In this document: piece after piece, positions 1 through 10,429 of the stretch
How positions within the stretch are numbered: position 1 is the first letter of the stretch
Layout of the letters: every line of letters starts with the position of its first letter
Origin: an uncultured Clostridia bacterium
GTDB taxonomy: Bacteria > Bacillota > Clostridia > Oscillospirales > UBA644
Length of the DNA: 44,050 nucleotides
Direction: 5' to 3'
Assembly: GCA_944386305.1 (NCBI GenBank)
Contig: CALXAN010000118.1
Coordinates: 1-44,050 of the forward strand
Made by a program: the position numbers and the translations under genes
Notes under the pieces: model-generated
The model's database searches: none
What the model saw: the letters and a program-made list of their open reading frames with translations, nothing else
What the model was told of the DNA's origin: nothing

Positions 1-1
1 A

Positions 2-670
2 ACGCAGATAAGCAGCAGCCTTACAATAAATATAGGCACGCTCAACGCCTCCACGATACCATCAATGCTCGCTTCGGGCAAAAGGGCAAATGAAAAAGGC
101 ATTCCGGCCGTGCTCGACCCTGTGGGCGCGGGCGCGTCGCCGCTGAGGACACAGACGGCGGAGCGGCTGATGAGGGAGATCAAATTCAGCGTCATACGCG
201 CCAATATCTCCGAAATCAAGGCCCTGGCACTGTCCGCAGGCGGAGCCAGGGGCGTGGACGCAGACAAGGCCGACGCGGTAACGGAACAGAATCTTCAGGA
301 AAGCGTAGCGTTCGCCAAGGATTTCGCCAAGCGCTGCGGCTGCGTAGCGGCTGTAACCGGACGCATCGATATCGTAGCGGATGCAAAAACCGCTTTCGTC
401 ATACGCAACGGCCACGAGATGATGAGCCGCATAACAGGTTCGGGCTGCCAGCTGTCGGCGCTGACGGCGGCTTTTGCGGCGGCCAATCCGCAAGAACCGC
501 TCCGGGCAGCCGCGGCCGCGGTCTGTGCCATGGGCCTGTGCGGACAAAAGGCCTTCGAACGCATGGGCGCCGCGGACGGAAACGCCTCATACAGAACATA
601 TCTCATAGACGCTGTATTTAACCTGACCCCGCAGCAGCTGCAGCAAGGAGCCGATTATGAAATCAGATAG
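2..670 (+). CDS. thiM: hydroxyethylthiazole kinase; N-terminus lies upstream of the window
   Basis: The frame is open from nt 2 (SLTINIGTLNAS...) into the 65..670 ORF. It has ThiM-like INIGTL and VLDPVGAGAS motifs and overlaps thiE by 14 nt. Confidence 0.85.
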   Translation, partial: TQISSSLTINIGTLNASTIPSMLASGKRANEKGIPAVLDPVGAGASPLRTQTAERLMREIKFSVIRANISEIKALALSAGGARGVDADKADAVTEQNLQESVAFAKDFAKRCGCVAAVTGRIDIVADAKTAFVIRNGHEMMSRITGSGCQLSALTAAFAAANPQEPLRAAAAAVCAMGLCGQKAFERMGAADGNASYRTYLIDAVFNLTPQQLQQGADYEIR

Positions 671-1289
671 CAAATTCCTGACCCTGTACGCAGTGACAGA
701 CAGCGCAAATATCCCGACGACGGAGCTGTGCAGACAGGTCAAAGCCGCGCTTGAGGGCGGCATAACCTGCCTGCAGCTACGAGACAAGGGCTTGAGCGGA
801 GAGCGGCTGCTGCACAGGGCCGAAAAGATACGCGGACTGTGCCGAGAGTACGGAGTGCCGTTTATCGTCAACGACGATGTGGAAACCGCGGTGCGCAGCT
901 GTGCCGACGGCGTACATGTAGGGCAGACGGACCTGGCTGCCGCTGCGGCCAGGAAACTCATAGGACCCGATATGATACTCGGCGTTTCCGCCAATACGGT
1001 GGCAGACGCGCTGAAAGCGCAGGCCGCCGGGGCGGACTATATAGGGGTCGGCGCGGTGTTTGCCACTGATACCAAAAAGGACGCCGACGCCGTGAGCATA
1101 CAGACGCTGACCGACATATGCGCGGCGGTAGATATCCCCGTAGTGGCCATAGGCGGCATAAAAGAAAGCAATATCGGCGCTCTGAGGGGCAGCGGCGCGG
1201 CAGGAGTGGCAGTGGTTTCGGCCATATTTTCGGCGCCTGATATAACAGAGGCATGCCGCAGGCTCAAAGCCCTGGCCCGGCAGATATAG
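657..1289 (+). CDS. thiE: thiamine-phosphate synthase
   Basis: 210 aa. Carries YAVTD, LQLRDK, VNDD, GVHVGQTD, GADYIGVGAVF and PVVAIGGI, the pattern typical of ThiE. Confidence 0.9.
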   Translation: MKSDSKFLTLYAVTDSANIPTTELCRQVKAALEGGITCLQLRDKGLSGERLLHRAEKIRGLCREYGVPFIVNDDVETAVRSCADGVHVGQTDLAAAAARKLIGPDMILGVSANTVADALKAQAAGADYIGVGAVFATDTKKDADAVSIQTLTDICAAVDIPVVAIGGIKESNIGALRGSGAAGVAVVSAIFSAPDITEACRRLKALARQI

Positions 1290-1305
1290 ACCTCGGAGGT
1301 AAACG

Positions 1306-1956
1306 ATGAACATCGACGGAGTAATATTCGACCTTGACGGCACGCTTATAGACTCGACCACGGCCTGGAAAACCCTGCCGTCCGACTACCTGCGCTCAAG
1401 GGGGCTGACGCCTTTGACCGATGTGGACGAGGAGCTGAAAGACCTGAGCATGAAGCAGGCGGCCGAAATAATAAGAGACAGATACGAGCCGCAGCGCACC
1501 GCCGACGAAATAACCGCCGACATTATAGACATGATGAGCGGATTTTACCGCGACCGCGTACAGCTCAAGCCCGGAGCCGAACGTCTGCTGCAAATGCTGA
1601 AAGAGCGCGCCATACCCATGTGCGTGGCCACGGCAAGCGACATCACAATGGCCGAAAACGCCATGCGCCGCAACGGCATACTCGAATATTTCGACGGGGT
1701 GTTTACCACCGCGCAGGCGGGCTGCGGCAAGGACAGGCCCGACGTGTACGATATGGCAAGGGCACATATGGGAACTCGCGCAGAACGCACTGCGGTGTTT
1801 GAAGACGCGCTTTATGCAATAAATACGGCAAAAGCCGCGGGCTATACGGTCATAGCGGTATACGACCCGTATGAGAGCGCCTCAAAACAACAGGTGGCTC
1901 GGGCCGCCGACATATATCTTGACTCACTTAAAGACACGGAGGTCGTGTTTAAATGA
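1306..1956 (+). CDS. HAD-superfamily hydrolase (phosphatase-like), embedded in the thi operon
   Basis: HAD motif I, FDLDGTLIDS, sits at the N-terminus. The 3' end overlaps the thiD start. Confidence 0.75.
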   Translation: MNIDGVIFDLDGTLIDSTTAWKTLPSDYLRSRGLTPLTDVDEELKDLSMKQAAEIIRDRYEPQRTADEITADIIDMMSGFYRDRVQLKPGAERLLQMLKERAIPMCVATASDITMAENAMRRNGILEYFDGVFTTAQAGCGKDRPDVYDMARAHMGTRAERTAVFEDALYAINTAKAAGYTVIAVYDPYESASKQQVARAADIYLDSLKDTEVVFK

Positions 1957-2744
1957 AAAAAGTGCTGACAGTAGCAGGCTCGGACTGCAGCGGAGGGGCG
2001 GGCATACAGGCCGACATAAAGACAATAACCGCCCACAAAATGTACGCCATGAGCGCCGTTACGGCTCTCACCGCGCAGAATACGACCGGGGTATACGGCA
2101 TATCCGAGACCGAACCGGAATTTGTGGCGCAGCAGCTCGACTGCATTTTTACGGATATAGTGCCCGACGCAGTCAAGATAGGCATGGTGTCGAACAAGCA
2201 GATAATAGAAGCTATAGCCGACAGGCTCAGCTTTTACCAAGCGCGGCGCATAGTGGTCGACCCGGTAATGGTCTCCACCAGCGGCTGCAGACTGCTGAGC
2301 GACGAAGCGGCGGGCGCGCTGACCGAAAAGCTGCTGCCCCTCGCTGCCGTAGCCACGCCCAATATACCTGAAGCCGAAGCGCTCAGCGGTATGAAAATAT
2401 CGGACAAAGACGGAATGGAAGCCGCCGCGGAACGTATTTATTCAAAATTCGGCTGTGCGGTGCTCGTAAAGGGAGGGCATATGGTAAACGAGGCATCCGA
2501 CTGCCTGTACGCAGACGGAGAGTGTAAATGGTTCGTCTCCGAAAGGATAGACAACCCAAACACGCACGGCACGGGCTGCACGCTGTCCTCGGCCATAGCC
2601 TGCGGCCTCGCGGACGGCAAAAGTCTTGACCAAAGCATAGCCGCCGCTAAAAATTATCTGACCGGCGCGCTCAAAGCCATGCTCGACCTCGGCAAGGGCT
2701 CGGGTCCGCTGGACCATACCCATGCTATGAGGCATATACTTTAA
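1953..2744 (+). CDS. thiD: hydroxymethylpyrimidine/phosphomethylpyrimidine kinase
   Basis: 263 aa with the ThiD hallmarks GSDCSGGAGIQADIKT, VDPVMV and HGTGCTLSSAIA. Confidence 0.9.
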   Translation: MKKVLTVAGSDCSGGAGIQADIKTITAHKMYAMSAVTALTAQNTTGVYGISETEPEFVAQQLDCIFTDIVPDAVKIGMVSNKQIIEAIADRLSFYQARRIVVDPVMVSTSGCRLLSDEAAGALTEKLLPLAAVATPNIPEAEALSGMKISDKDGMEAAAERIYSKFGCAVLVKGGHMVNEASDCLYADGECKWFVSERIDNPNTHGTGCTLSSAIACGLADGKSLDQSIAAAKNYLTGALKAMLDLGKGSGPLDHTHAMRHIL

Positions 2745-2791
2745 CAGGGCACGCGCTTATTTTTTTATACTCCAAAGCAAATACTTACAAA

Positions 2792-2825
2792 GGGCCCGGG
2801 CAGTCTTGACTGCCCGGGCCCTTTT
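2792..2825 (+). terminator. rho-independent terminator after thiD
   Basis: Perfect 12-bp GC-rich stem GGGCCCGGGCAG/CTGCCCGGGCCC with a 6-nt loop, followed by TTTT. Confidence 0.85.
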
Positions 2826-3065
2826 ATATCCAAACACGCATATATATCATTTATTCATTTATAATTTATAGTCATAGCTATTATAATTCAATAAATAATT
2901 TTGGCTTATATTATCAACGAAATGCAAGCTGCAATTTATTACATATAAAATAAAGTCATAGCTCTGATATTACACATGATTAATCATATAATATAATATC
3001 ACCAAGAAACACCTACGCGACCCATGACTGGTATAGCTCAGCACATGGCATAAACAAAACCGGAT

Positions 3066-3989
3066 TTATTCCACGGCGCGCACATGGCCTATACGGCTGA
3101 GCATGCCGTATATCCCGCTTCTGTCGGCCAGCCCCTCGCGGGCAGCCGTAGCGCCGCCCGCCGCAGAGCCGAGCCTGAGCGCGTAGCCGAGGTCGGAGGT
3201 CAGCAGATAACCTGCGATAAAGCCCGCGACCATAGAATCACCCGACCCCACGGTATCCACGGGCGTTATCTGCGCCGCCTGGGCAAAGCTGCGGCCGCCC
3301 TCAGCATCGACGAGCACCGCGCCCTGACCGCCCATGGACACAAGCACGTTCTGCGCGCCCATCGCCCTGAGCCGGTCGGCATATTCGGCAGCCTGCGCCG
3401 CGGACGAAACAGAAACCGAAAAAATCTGACCTAATTCCTCTGCGTTGGGCTTTATAAGAAACGGACGGTACTCAAGCGTATCCGTCAGAGCCTGCCCTGC
3501 CGCGTCAACTATAAACTTCGCTCCTGTATCCGAAAGCCCGTGCATGAGCCGCGCATATATATCCTGAGGCAGCGAACCGGGCACACTGCCCGAAAATACG
3601 ACCACATCACCCGCCCGTACCTGCCCCAGCTTTTCTTTAAGCAGTTCGACGTCGGACGCGCCTATATCAGGGCCGTCGCAGTTGAAGTCCGTCTCCTCGC
3701 CCGCCCTGACCTTGACGTTTATCCTGGTCAGGCCCGAGCGCAGATGCACGAAGTCCGCCTGCACGCCCTCGTCCTGGACGCCTCTGTACAGCGCCTGACC
3801 CGTAAAGCCGGCCGTAAACCCGGTAGCAACCGAATCCACGCCCAAGCGCTTGAGCACGACGGAGACATTGACGCCCTTGCCCGCCGCATAAACGCCGCCG
3901 ACGCTGCAGCGGTTTATATGCCCTAACTGCAAAGCGGGAACTCTGAGAACATAATCTATAGACGGGTTGACAGTGACAGTATATACCAT
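3066..3989 (-). CDS. PfkB-family sugar-phosphate kinase (1-phosphofructokinase / tagatose-6-P kinase type)
   Basis: 307 aa with N-terminal TVTVNPSIDY, AGKGVNVS and C-terminal DTVGSGDSMVAGF. No fruA or fruR is adjacent. Confidence 0.8.
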   Translation of the reverse strand: MVYTVTVNPSIDYVLRVPALQLGHINRCSVGGVYAAGKGVNVSVVLKRLGVDSVATGFTAGFTGQALYRGVQDEGVQADFVHLRSGLTRINVKVRAGEETDFNCDGPDIGASDVELLKEKLGQVRAGDVVVFSGSVPGSLPQDIYARLMHGLSDTGAKFIVDAAGQALTDTLEYRPFLIKPNAEELGQIFSVSVSSAAQAAEYADRLRAMGAQNVLVSMGGQGAVLVDAEGGRSFAQAAQITPVDTVGSGDSMVAGFIAGYLLTSDLGYALRLGSAAGGATAAREGLADRSGIYGMLSRIGHVRAVE

Positions 3990-4285
3990 AAGCTCGCCCC
4001 CTATATACTAACTCACAGGCGGTCTGTGGCCCCTGCTCTTACAATTTGATTATACATGCAAATAAAACGTGAGTCAATAGCAAATCACCATACTTAAAAA
4101 TAAAATAAGCAAAAAAAACGGCCGCCCCCCTAAATGGTACGGCCTGAACCGAAAACAACATAAAAACCGCACGGCACACAAACACGCGGATATTTTGAAC
4201 AAAATATTGAAACGTCGGTACGCGCAGGTTCTTTTTTAAGCGGATTAACGAGTATTTTAACGCAATACGCGCGAAAAGCAGCCAA

Positions 4286-4325
4286 GCATATTGCGTCCGA
4301 CTGCCGGCAGTCGGACGCAATATGC
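4286..4325. repeat. perfect 40-bp palindrome in a long intergenic region
   Basis: GCATATTGCGTCCGACTGCC|GGCAGTCGGACGCAATATGC, read directly from the sequence. Confidence 0.9.
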
Positions 4326-4730
4326 CGAAAAAATGTGCTTCGGTATCTTTAACGTACATCACGCCGTTCTGCAAAGGAGAGTATCACCGTAAGCCTATCG
4401 GGACAAAAGAATCCGTCCGCACCGTTGCTGCGTCTTTGACGTATATCCTCAAGTCGGTAAAGGAAAAAAATTCTGTTTCTCTGCTGTACGTTTTTTTTGA
4501 TTACTGCCGTTTTTCGTACGTTTTAAGCGAGCGGATTTTTGTGCGGACAAGGCATAGAACGCATTTAATCCTTTCGGATTAACGAGTTAACGCAGCACCG
4601 CGCCATTTTTCGACTCCCGGCAGCTTATGCAAAAATAATCCGATAATGTATAATCAAACCCGAAAAATTACCGACTGACCGAAAGGCGTAAACAGAAAGG
4701 GAATGCCCGAATGCTGCGCCTGAAGAAAAT

Positions 4731-6746
4731 TCAAAGATTTTTGACAAAAAGCGCGCGGACTGCGTTGAGCACGGCCAGTATCATTACGCCCACGTCTGCA
4801 AATATGGCCAGCCACATGCTTGCGATACCGGCAGCGCCCAAGATGAGGCAAAGCAGCTTTACGCCTATGGCGAAAACTATATTTTGATAAACTATGGACA
4901 GGCACTTGCGGGATATCTTGACGGCTTTGGATATCTTCATCGGGTCGTCGTCCATGAGCACGACGTCGGCGGCCTCTATGGCGGCGTCGGAACCCATGGC
5001 TCCCATGGCTATACCGATATCGGCGCGGCGCAGCACCGGCGCGTCGTTTATGCCGTCTCCGACAAAGGCCAGCTTGGCGCCCGCGGGCTTGGAGTCTAAA
5101 AGCTGTTCTACCCTGTCGACTTTATCCTCGGGCAGCAGGCGGCTGTAGACCCTGTCCACGCCCACCTGAGCGGCGACCTTTTCGGCCGCCTTTTCGGAAT
5201 CGCCGGTCAGCATTACCGTCAGCTGCACGCCGGCAGACTTAAGAGCCTTTATCGCGGCTTCGGACGTCGGCTTGACCACGTCGGATATCACTATATGGCC
5301 CGCGTATTTTCCGCCTATGGCCATATGAATTATCGTACCCACGCTGCGGCATGGGATAAACGGAATCTGAAGCCTGTTCATCAGCTTGTCGTTGCCTGCG
5401 GCGACCTCCACGCCGTCCACCTTGGCCATGACTCCGTTGCCGCTTATCTCACGGATATCGGACACCCGGCTGCGGTCTATCTGCCGGCCGTAGGCGCGCT
5501 GCAGGCTTTTGCTTATGGGGTGGGACGACGAGCTTTCTACAAGCGCGGCGTACTCTATGAGCTTGGAATTTTCAAGCTCGTTGTGGTGTATGCCGTTGAC
5601 CTCAAAGACGCCCTGCGTCAGGGTGCCTGTCTTGTCAAACACCACTATTTTGGTCTTCGACAGAGTTTCAAGATAATTTGAGCCCTTGACCAGTATCCCG
5701 GCGTTGCTCGCGCCGCCGATCCCTGCGAAGAATGACAGCGGTATGCTTATAACCAATGCACAGGGACAGGATATGACCAAAAAGGTCAGCGCGCGGTATA
5801 TCCACACGCCCCATTCCGCAGCCAGTCCCAGGCCAAACATACGCACCACGGGCGGCAGAACAGCGAGAGCAAGGGCGCAAAGGCATACGGCGGGAGTGTA
5901 TATCCTGGCAAATTTGGAGATAAAATCCTCGGACTTGGATTTACGCGAGCCGGCGTTCTCTACCAGGTCGAGTATCCTGGACACCGTAGACTCGCCGAAC
6001 TCCTTAGAAGTGCGTATCCTGAGTACGCCGTTGATATTGATGCAGCCGCTTATTATCTCGTCGCCCGGGCCTACGTCCCGGGGCAGGCTCTCGCCCGTGA
6101 GCGCCACGGTGTTCAGGCTGCAGGAGCCCTGGACGACCACGCCGTCTATAGGCACTTTTTCGCCGGGCTGCACTACTATCACGCTGCCTACGGCTACCTC
6201 GTCGGGGTCGACCCTGAGCAGTTCTCCGTCGCGCTCGATATTGGCATAATCGGGCCTGATGTCCATGAGCCGGCTGATATTGCGGCGGCTTTTGCCCACT
6301 GCATAGCTCTGGAACCACTCGCCTATCTGATAGAACAGCATCACGGCTATGGCCTCTGTATAATCGCCGCTGCGCGAATACAGGGCCAAAGCTATCGCGC
6401 CGACCGTCGCGACTGTCATCAAAAAGCTTTCGTCGAATATTTTGCGGTTTTTTATGCCCCTGAGAGCTTTGAAAAGTATATCGTATCCTATAATAAGATA
6501 GTCTGCTGTATACAGGGCGAACCGCGTCCAGTACCCGGCTCCGTCAACGACGGAATCGGCCCACGCAAACGCGTCCCGGCCGAGAAGCTGCAAAATCAGC
6601 AGCAGCGCGTCGCTGACGAATATCCGTATGAGAACATTCCGCTGCTTTTTGGTCATGCCGTTCTTTTTGGCGCCGAAAATCAGCAGCATTGCCAAAGACG
6701 CGGCCGCCACGACCGCAAGCAGACTGTTTATGATAATCTGCTGCAT
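4731..6746 (-). CDS. heavy-metal (Cd/Zn/Co-type) P1B-type ATPase without an N-terminal metal-binding domain
   Basis: Motifs TGES, SCPCALV (CPC), FDKTGTLT and GDGINDAP. I place the start at ATG 6746 because a GGGGAG Shine-Dalgarno precedes it. The ORF-track start at 6869 only adds an Arg-rich 41-aa extension. Confidence 0.85.
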   Translation of the reverse strand: MQQIIINSLLAVVAAASLAMLLIFGAKKNGMTKKQRNVLIRIFVSDALLLILQLLGRDAFAWADSVVDGAGYWTRFALYTADYLIIGYDILFKALRGIKNRKIFDESFLMTVATVGAIALALYSRSGDYTEAIAVMLFYQIGEWFQSYAVGKSRRNISRLMDIRPDYANIERDGELLRVDPDEVAVGSVIVVQPGEKVPIDGVVVQGSCSLNTVALTGESLPRDVGPGDEIISGCININGVLRIRTSKEFGESTVSRILDLVENAGSRKSKSEDFISKFARIYTPAVCLCALALAVLPPVVRMFGLGLAAEWGVWIYRALTFLVISCPCALVISIPLSFFAGIGGASNAGILVKGSNYLETLSKTKIVVFDKTGTLTQGVFEVNGIHHNELENSKLIEYAALVESSSSHPISKSLQRAYGRQIDRSRVSDIREISGNGVMAKVDGVEVAAGNDKLMNRLQIPFIPCRSVGTIIHMAIGGKYAGHIVISDVVKPTSEAAIKALKSAGVQLTVMLTGDSEKAAEKVAAQVGVDRVYSRLLPEDKVDRVEQLLDSKPAGAKLAFVGDGINDAPVLRRADIGIAMGAMGSDAAIEAADVVLMDDDPMKISKAVKISRKCLSIVYQNIVFAIGVKLLCLILGAAGIASMWLAIFADVGVMILAVLNAVRALFVKNL

Positions 6747-6896
6747 ACCAATCACTCCCCAATGCACAGATATGCGCGGCAATCGACGCGCCCCGAAAGG
6801 GGCTGTATAATCTCGTCCGGGCAAAAGCCGAATGCAAAAAGACGAGCTACCGCGCCAAATAGCGCTCATTTATTCCGAAAAACAGCCAGGAGCTCT

Positions 6897-7115
6897 TTAC
6901 AGATATATCTCGCAGTCGCCGTCCACTTTTTTGCACCTTTCACGGACCAGGCGCATGACCTGCTGCGGGTCGCTGCCCTCTTCAAACTCCACGTTCATCT
7001 TCAGCGCCATAAAGTTGACTACGGCGTCCTTCACTCCGGGCGTCTTCTGCGCGGCCTGCTCCATCTTATCGGCGCAGTTGGCGCAGTCTACTTCGATTTT
7101 ATATGTCTTTTTCAT
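6897..7115 (-). CDS. small heavy-metal-associated (HMA) domain protein, probable partner of the downstream ATPase
   Basis: 72 aa with a DCANCA metal-binding motif near the N-terminus. It lies directly upstream of the ATPase and is co-oriented with it. Confidence 0.7.
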   Translation of the reverse strand: MKKTYKIEVDCANCADKMEQAAQKTPGVKDAVVNFMALKMNVEFEEGSDPQQVMRLVRERCKKVDGDCEIYL

Positions 7116-7356
7116 ATTATATATCCCCCCGTGTTAGAATTAAACGATTGTTTAATTGTTTATTTGTATTATATATTATTTTACCCGTTTTGTCAATAGG
7201 CTTGACAAAAAAAATTTTCCGCCAACCCCCTACAATATTATATTATACGAATATGACAGCGGCCGACTGCGAATAATCTACATTATAATGCAGCAAACAA
7301 ATGCTGAACGGAGAAAGATCGCGGACCGATTCAACAAAAAAAATTTATTACCGGTC

Positions 7357-7385
7357 TTTACAAAATCAAGGAAGTGTGCTATACT
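7357..7385 (+). promoter_or_regulatory. candidate sigma-A promoter of copA
   Basis: TTTACA (7357-7362), a 17-nt spacer, then TATACT (7380-7385). Confidence 0.5.
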
Positions 7386-7394
7386 TAAAGCATG

Positions 7395-7418
7395 ATACCC
7401 CCACCCGGTATAGGGTAT
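7395..7418. promoter_or_regulatory. candidate CsoR operator
   Basis: GC-rich pseudo-palindrome ATACCCCCACCCGGTATAGGGTAT just downstream of the -10 element. It has the ATACCC...GGGTAT arms known from CsoR boxes. Confidence 0.5.
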
Positions 7419-7541
7419 TATGCGACGCAAACGCCTGTCGGCTCTCGGGCGTTGCTTTAAGAAAATTCGCAGGAGCGTCTATAATTCGCTCCTATACGAT
7501 GTATTTCAGCGGGACAGGGCTTTTCATGTGAGGTGAGATGT

Positions 7542-10112
7542 ATGGAAGAGAAATATGACGTCACAGGCATGACATGCGCGGCCTGCTCGGCAAGGGTAGA
7601 GAAATGCGTGGCCGAGCTGAAGGGCGTGGATTCGGTATCGGTAAACCTGCTCAAAAACAGCATGGTCGTCAAATATGACGACAAGCAGCTGAACAGCAGC
7701 CAAATATCCGAAGCTGTGGCAAAGGCAGGCTACGGGGCCAAACCTCGGAACACCAAGGTCAAATCCCCGTCTGACAAATACGACGCAGGCAAAGAATACA
7801 GGTCGATGCGCAGCAGGGTCATATGGTCGTTTGTGTTCACCGTGCCGCTGTTCTATATTTCAATGGGTCACATGCTCGGCTGGCCGCTTCCCGGTTTCCT
7901 TTTGGGCGACGGCAACTCGATGGTATTCGCGCTGACGCAGCTGGTGCTGCTGGCGCCCGTGCTTTTTATTAACTTTAAATACTTCCGAAACGGCTTTAAA
8001 ACCCTGCTGCACGGCTCGCCCAATATGGACTCGCTGATAGCGCTCGGCTCGGGGGCGTCTACAGTCTACGGGCTGTATGTACTGTATAAAATGGCTTTCA
8101 GCCTCGGGCGCGGCGACATCCAGGCAGCGGCGGAGCTGTCGCACGAGCTGTACTTTGAGGGCGCGGCCACCATACTGACACTGATAACGCTGGGCAAATT
8201 TATGGAAGCGCGGGCAAAGGGCAAGACCTCAGACGCGATAAACAAACTGCTCGACCTTGCGCCCAAGACCGCTACCGTGGTACGGGACGGAAAGGAATAC
8301 GTAATACCGGCCGAAGAAGTGGTAAAGGGCGATATTCTCATAGTCAAGGCCGGCGAATCCATACCCGTGGACGGCGAAGTGACCGAAGGCCGCGCCTCCG
8401 TAGACGAATCGGCCATAACAGGCGAAAGCATACCGGTAGACAAGGGGCCGAAAGACAAGGTTATAGGCGCTACCATAAGCAAAAGCGGCCACATAAAAAT
8501 GCGCGCCACGGAAGTGGGCGACCAAACCGCGCTGGCGCAAATCATACGCCTGGTAGACGAGGCGACGAGTTCCAAGGCGCCCATAGCCAAGCTGGCGGAC
8601 AAAGTGGCGGGAGTGTTCGTACCGATAGTCATTGTGATAGCCGTTGTTTCGGCCGCGGTATGGCTGATAAGCGGCGCGACCTTTGAGTTTGCGCTCACTA
8701 TTGCGGTATCCGTATTGGTAGTTTCATGCCCATGCGCGCTGGGGCTGGCCACGCCCACGGCCATAATGGTAGGCACGGGCAGGGGCGCCGCCAACGGCAT
8801 ACTCATCAAATCCGCCGAGGCGCTGCAGACTGCGCATTCGGTAACTGCAGTCGTACTGGACAAGACGGGCACGGTCACGACCGGCAAGCCCGTGGTGACC
8901 GATATAAGCTGCGCAGACGGCACGAACGCACAGCGCCTGCTGCAGGTCGCCGCTTCGCTGGAAAAAATGTCGGAGCATCCGCTGGCCAGTGCAATAACCG
9001 CCAAGGCCGAAGCGGAGGGGATAGAGGCCCTGGACGTAAGCGATTTCAGGCAGGTTGAAGGCAGAGGCATTATAGGGCGCATAGACGGCGAAGAATGCGC
9101 CGCCGGCAACAAGAAGCTCATGGACGAGCTGGGCATAGACGCGTCCGTATCCGAACGCATGCAGGACAAAGCCGCGGACGAGGGCAAGACCCCATTGTTC
9201 TTTGCGCAGGACGGCAGGCTGCTGGGACTGATAGCCGTGGCGGACGTCGTCAAGCCCTCGAGCAGGCAAGCGGTCCAGCAGCTCAAGAAAATGGGAATCA
9301 AAGTAACCATGCTCACGGGCGACAACGCGCGCACGGCCGCGGCCATCGGCAAACAGGTCGGAGTCGACGACGTAATAGCCGAGGTTCTGCCGCAGGACAA
9401 GGACAGACAGATATACAAGCTGCAGCAAGCCGGAGAAAAAGTCGCCATGGTCGGCGACGGCATCAACGACGCGCCCGCGCTGGCAAGGGCGGACGTGGGC
9501 ATCGCCATAGGGGCGGGCACGGACGTGGCCATGGAGTCTGCGGACATCGTGCTGATGAAAAACGACCTGCTCGACGTAGCTGCAGCCATAGACCTGAGCA
9601 GAGCCACTATAAGGAATATAAAAGAGAACCTGTTTTGGGCCTTTATATACAATATCATAGGCATACCCATAGCAGCCGGGTGCTTCTATACGGCGTTCGG
9701 GCTCAGGATGAACCCCATGATAGCCGCGCTGGCAATGAGCTTCAGCTCGGTATTCGTGGTATCCAACGCGCTGCGGCTCAGATTCTTTAAGCCCAAGCGA
9801 CCGGTTCAAAACAGCTCGGAACCGGCACAGACATTATCGAATAACGTTCCTGAAACAGAAGAAAATGAGGATATAAAAGGAGGAGCTACAATGAAAAAAG
9901 AATTAGCTATCGAGGGCATGATGTGCCAGAACTGCGTCAGACACGTAACCGAGGCGCTGCGCGCGGTCAAGGGAGTATCGGACGTGGACGTAAGCCTGGA
10001 GGACAAGAACGCTGTCGTGACGACCGACGGCACGGTAAGCGATGAGACTCTCGCCGCCGCTGTAAAGGACGAGGGCTACAATGTGACGGGGATACAGAGC
10101 CATGAAAGCTGA
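7542..10112 (+). CDS. copA: copper-translocating P1B-type ATPase with an N-terminal HMA and an extra C-terminal HMA (CopZ-like) domain
   Basis: Motifs [23 protein letters not shown] (CPC), DKTGTVT and GDGINDAP, plus a C-terminal [12 protein letters not shown] place the start at ATG 7542, which follows AGGTGAG. Confidence 0.9.
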   Translation: MEEKYDVTGMTCAACSARVEKCVAELKGVDSVSVNLLKNSMVVKYDDKQLNSSQISEAVAKAGYGAKPRNTKVKSPSDKYDAGKEYRSMRSRVIWSFVFTVPLFYISMGHMLGWPLPGFLLGDGNSMVFALTQLVLLAPVLFINFKYFRNGFKTLLHGSPNMDSLIALGSGASTVYGLYVLYKMAFSLGRGDIQAAAELSHELYFEGAATILTLITLGKFMEARAKGKTSDAINKLLDLAPKTATVVRDGKEYVIPAEEVVKGDILIVKAGESIPVDGEVTEGRASVDESAITGESIPVDKGPKDKVIGATISKSGHIKMRATEVGDQTALAQIIRLVDEATSSKAPIAKLADKVAGVFVPIVIVIAVVSAAVWLISGATFEFALTIAVSVLVVSCPCALGLATPTAIMVGTGRGAANGILIKSAEALQTAHSVTAVVLDKTGTVTTGKPVVTDISCADGTNAQRLLQVAASLEKMSEHPLASAITAKAEAEGIEALDVSDFRQVEGRGIIGRIDGEECAAGNKKLMDELGIDASVSERMQDKAADEGKTPLFFAQDGRLLGLIAVADVVKPSSRQAVQQLKKMGIKVTMLTGDNARTAAAIGKQVGVDDVIAEVLPQDKDRQIYKLQQAGEKVAMVGDGINDAPALARADVGIAIGAGTDVAMESADIVLMKNDLLDVAAAIDLSRATIRNIKENLFWAFIYNIIGIPIAAGCFYTAFGLRMNPMIAALAMSFSSVFVVSNALRLRFFKPKRPVQNSSEPAQTLSNNVPETEENEDIKGGATMKKELAIEGMMCQNCVRHVTEALRAVKGVSDVDVSLEDKNAVVTTDGTVSDETLAAAVKDEGYNVTGIQSHES

Positions 10113-10365
10113 CAAGGACAAGGTGACGCGCGCGGTCAAAATCGCGCGCGGCCAGCTAGACGGCGTGCTGAAAATGATAGAGCAGGACAGATACTGTATA
10201 GACGTCTCCAATCAGATACTCGCGGCTCAGGCCATACTTAAAAATGTAAATCGGGAGATCCTGCACGCGCACATACGCCACTGCGTCAGCGAGGGGCTGC
10301 ATACGGACGAGCCTAATCCAAAGATCGAAGAGGCGCTGCAGATCCTCGATAAGCTTATCTCATGA
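10102..10365 (+). CDS. csoR: CsoR-family copper-sensing repressor
   Basis: 87 aa with the DUF156-type pattern RYCIDV...H...HC. It overlaps the copA end by 11 nt. Confidence 0.85.
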   Translation: MKADKDKVTRAVKIARGQLDGVLKMIEQDRYCIDVSNQILAAQAILKNVNREILHAHIRHCVSEGLHTDEPNPKIEEALQILDKLIS

Positions 10366-10371
10366 GCCGCA

Positions 10372-10402
10372 GCGCCCCTAAGGGCGCCGCAAAGTTTTTT
10401 TT
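10372..10402 (+). terminator. terminator after csoR
   Basis: GCGCCC-CTAA-GGGCGC hairpin followed by a T8 run. Confidence 0.7.
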
Positions 10403-10429
10403 AAAATACTACAGCAAAGGAGAAACGCC

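Noticed and set aside
6747-6869. 41-aa N-terminal extension of the Cd/Zn-type ATPase given by the ORF track.
   Set aside because: The extension is Arg-rich and non-hydrophobic and has no RBS. ATG 6746 has a GGGGAG Shine-Dalgarno and starts directly at the first TM segment.
7202-7236. TTGACA ... TACAAT pair in the cadA/copA divergent region, considered as a promoter.
   Set aside because: The spacer is 23 nt, too long for a sigma-A promoter. The TTTACA-17-TATACT pair at 7357-7385, next to the CsoR-like box, is the better candidate.
8066-9670. 534-aa ORF on the minus strand inside copA, along with other long antisense ORFs at 8724..9809 and 9095..9790.
   Set aside because: It is entirely antisense to a gene with clear P-type ATPase motifs. 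The product is low-complexity Ala/Ser/Met-rich sequence with no RBS. This is the usual open antisense frame of a GC-rich coding region.
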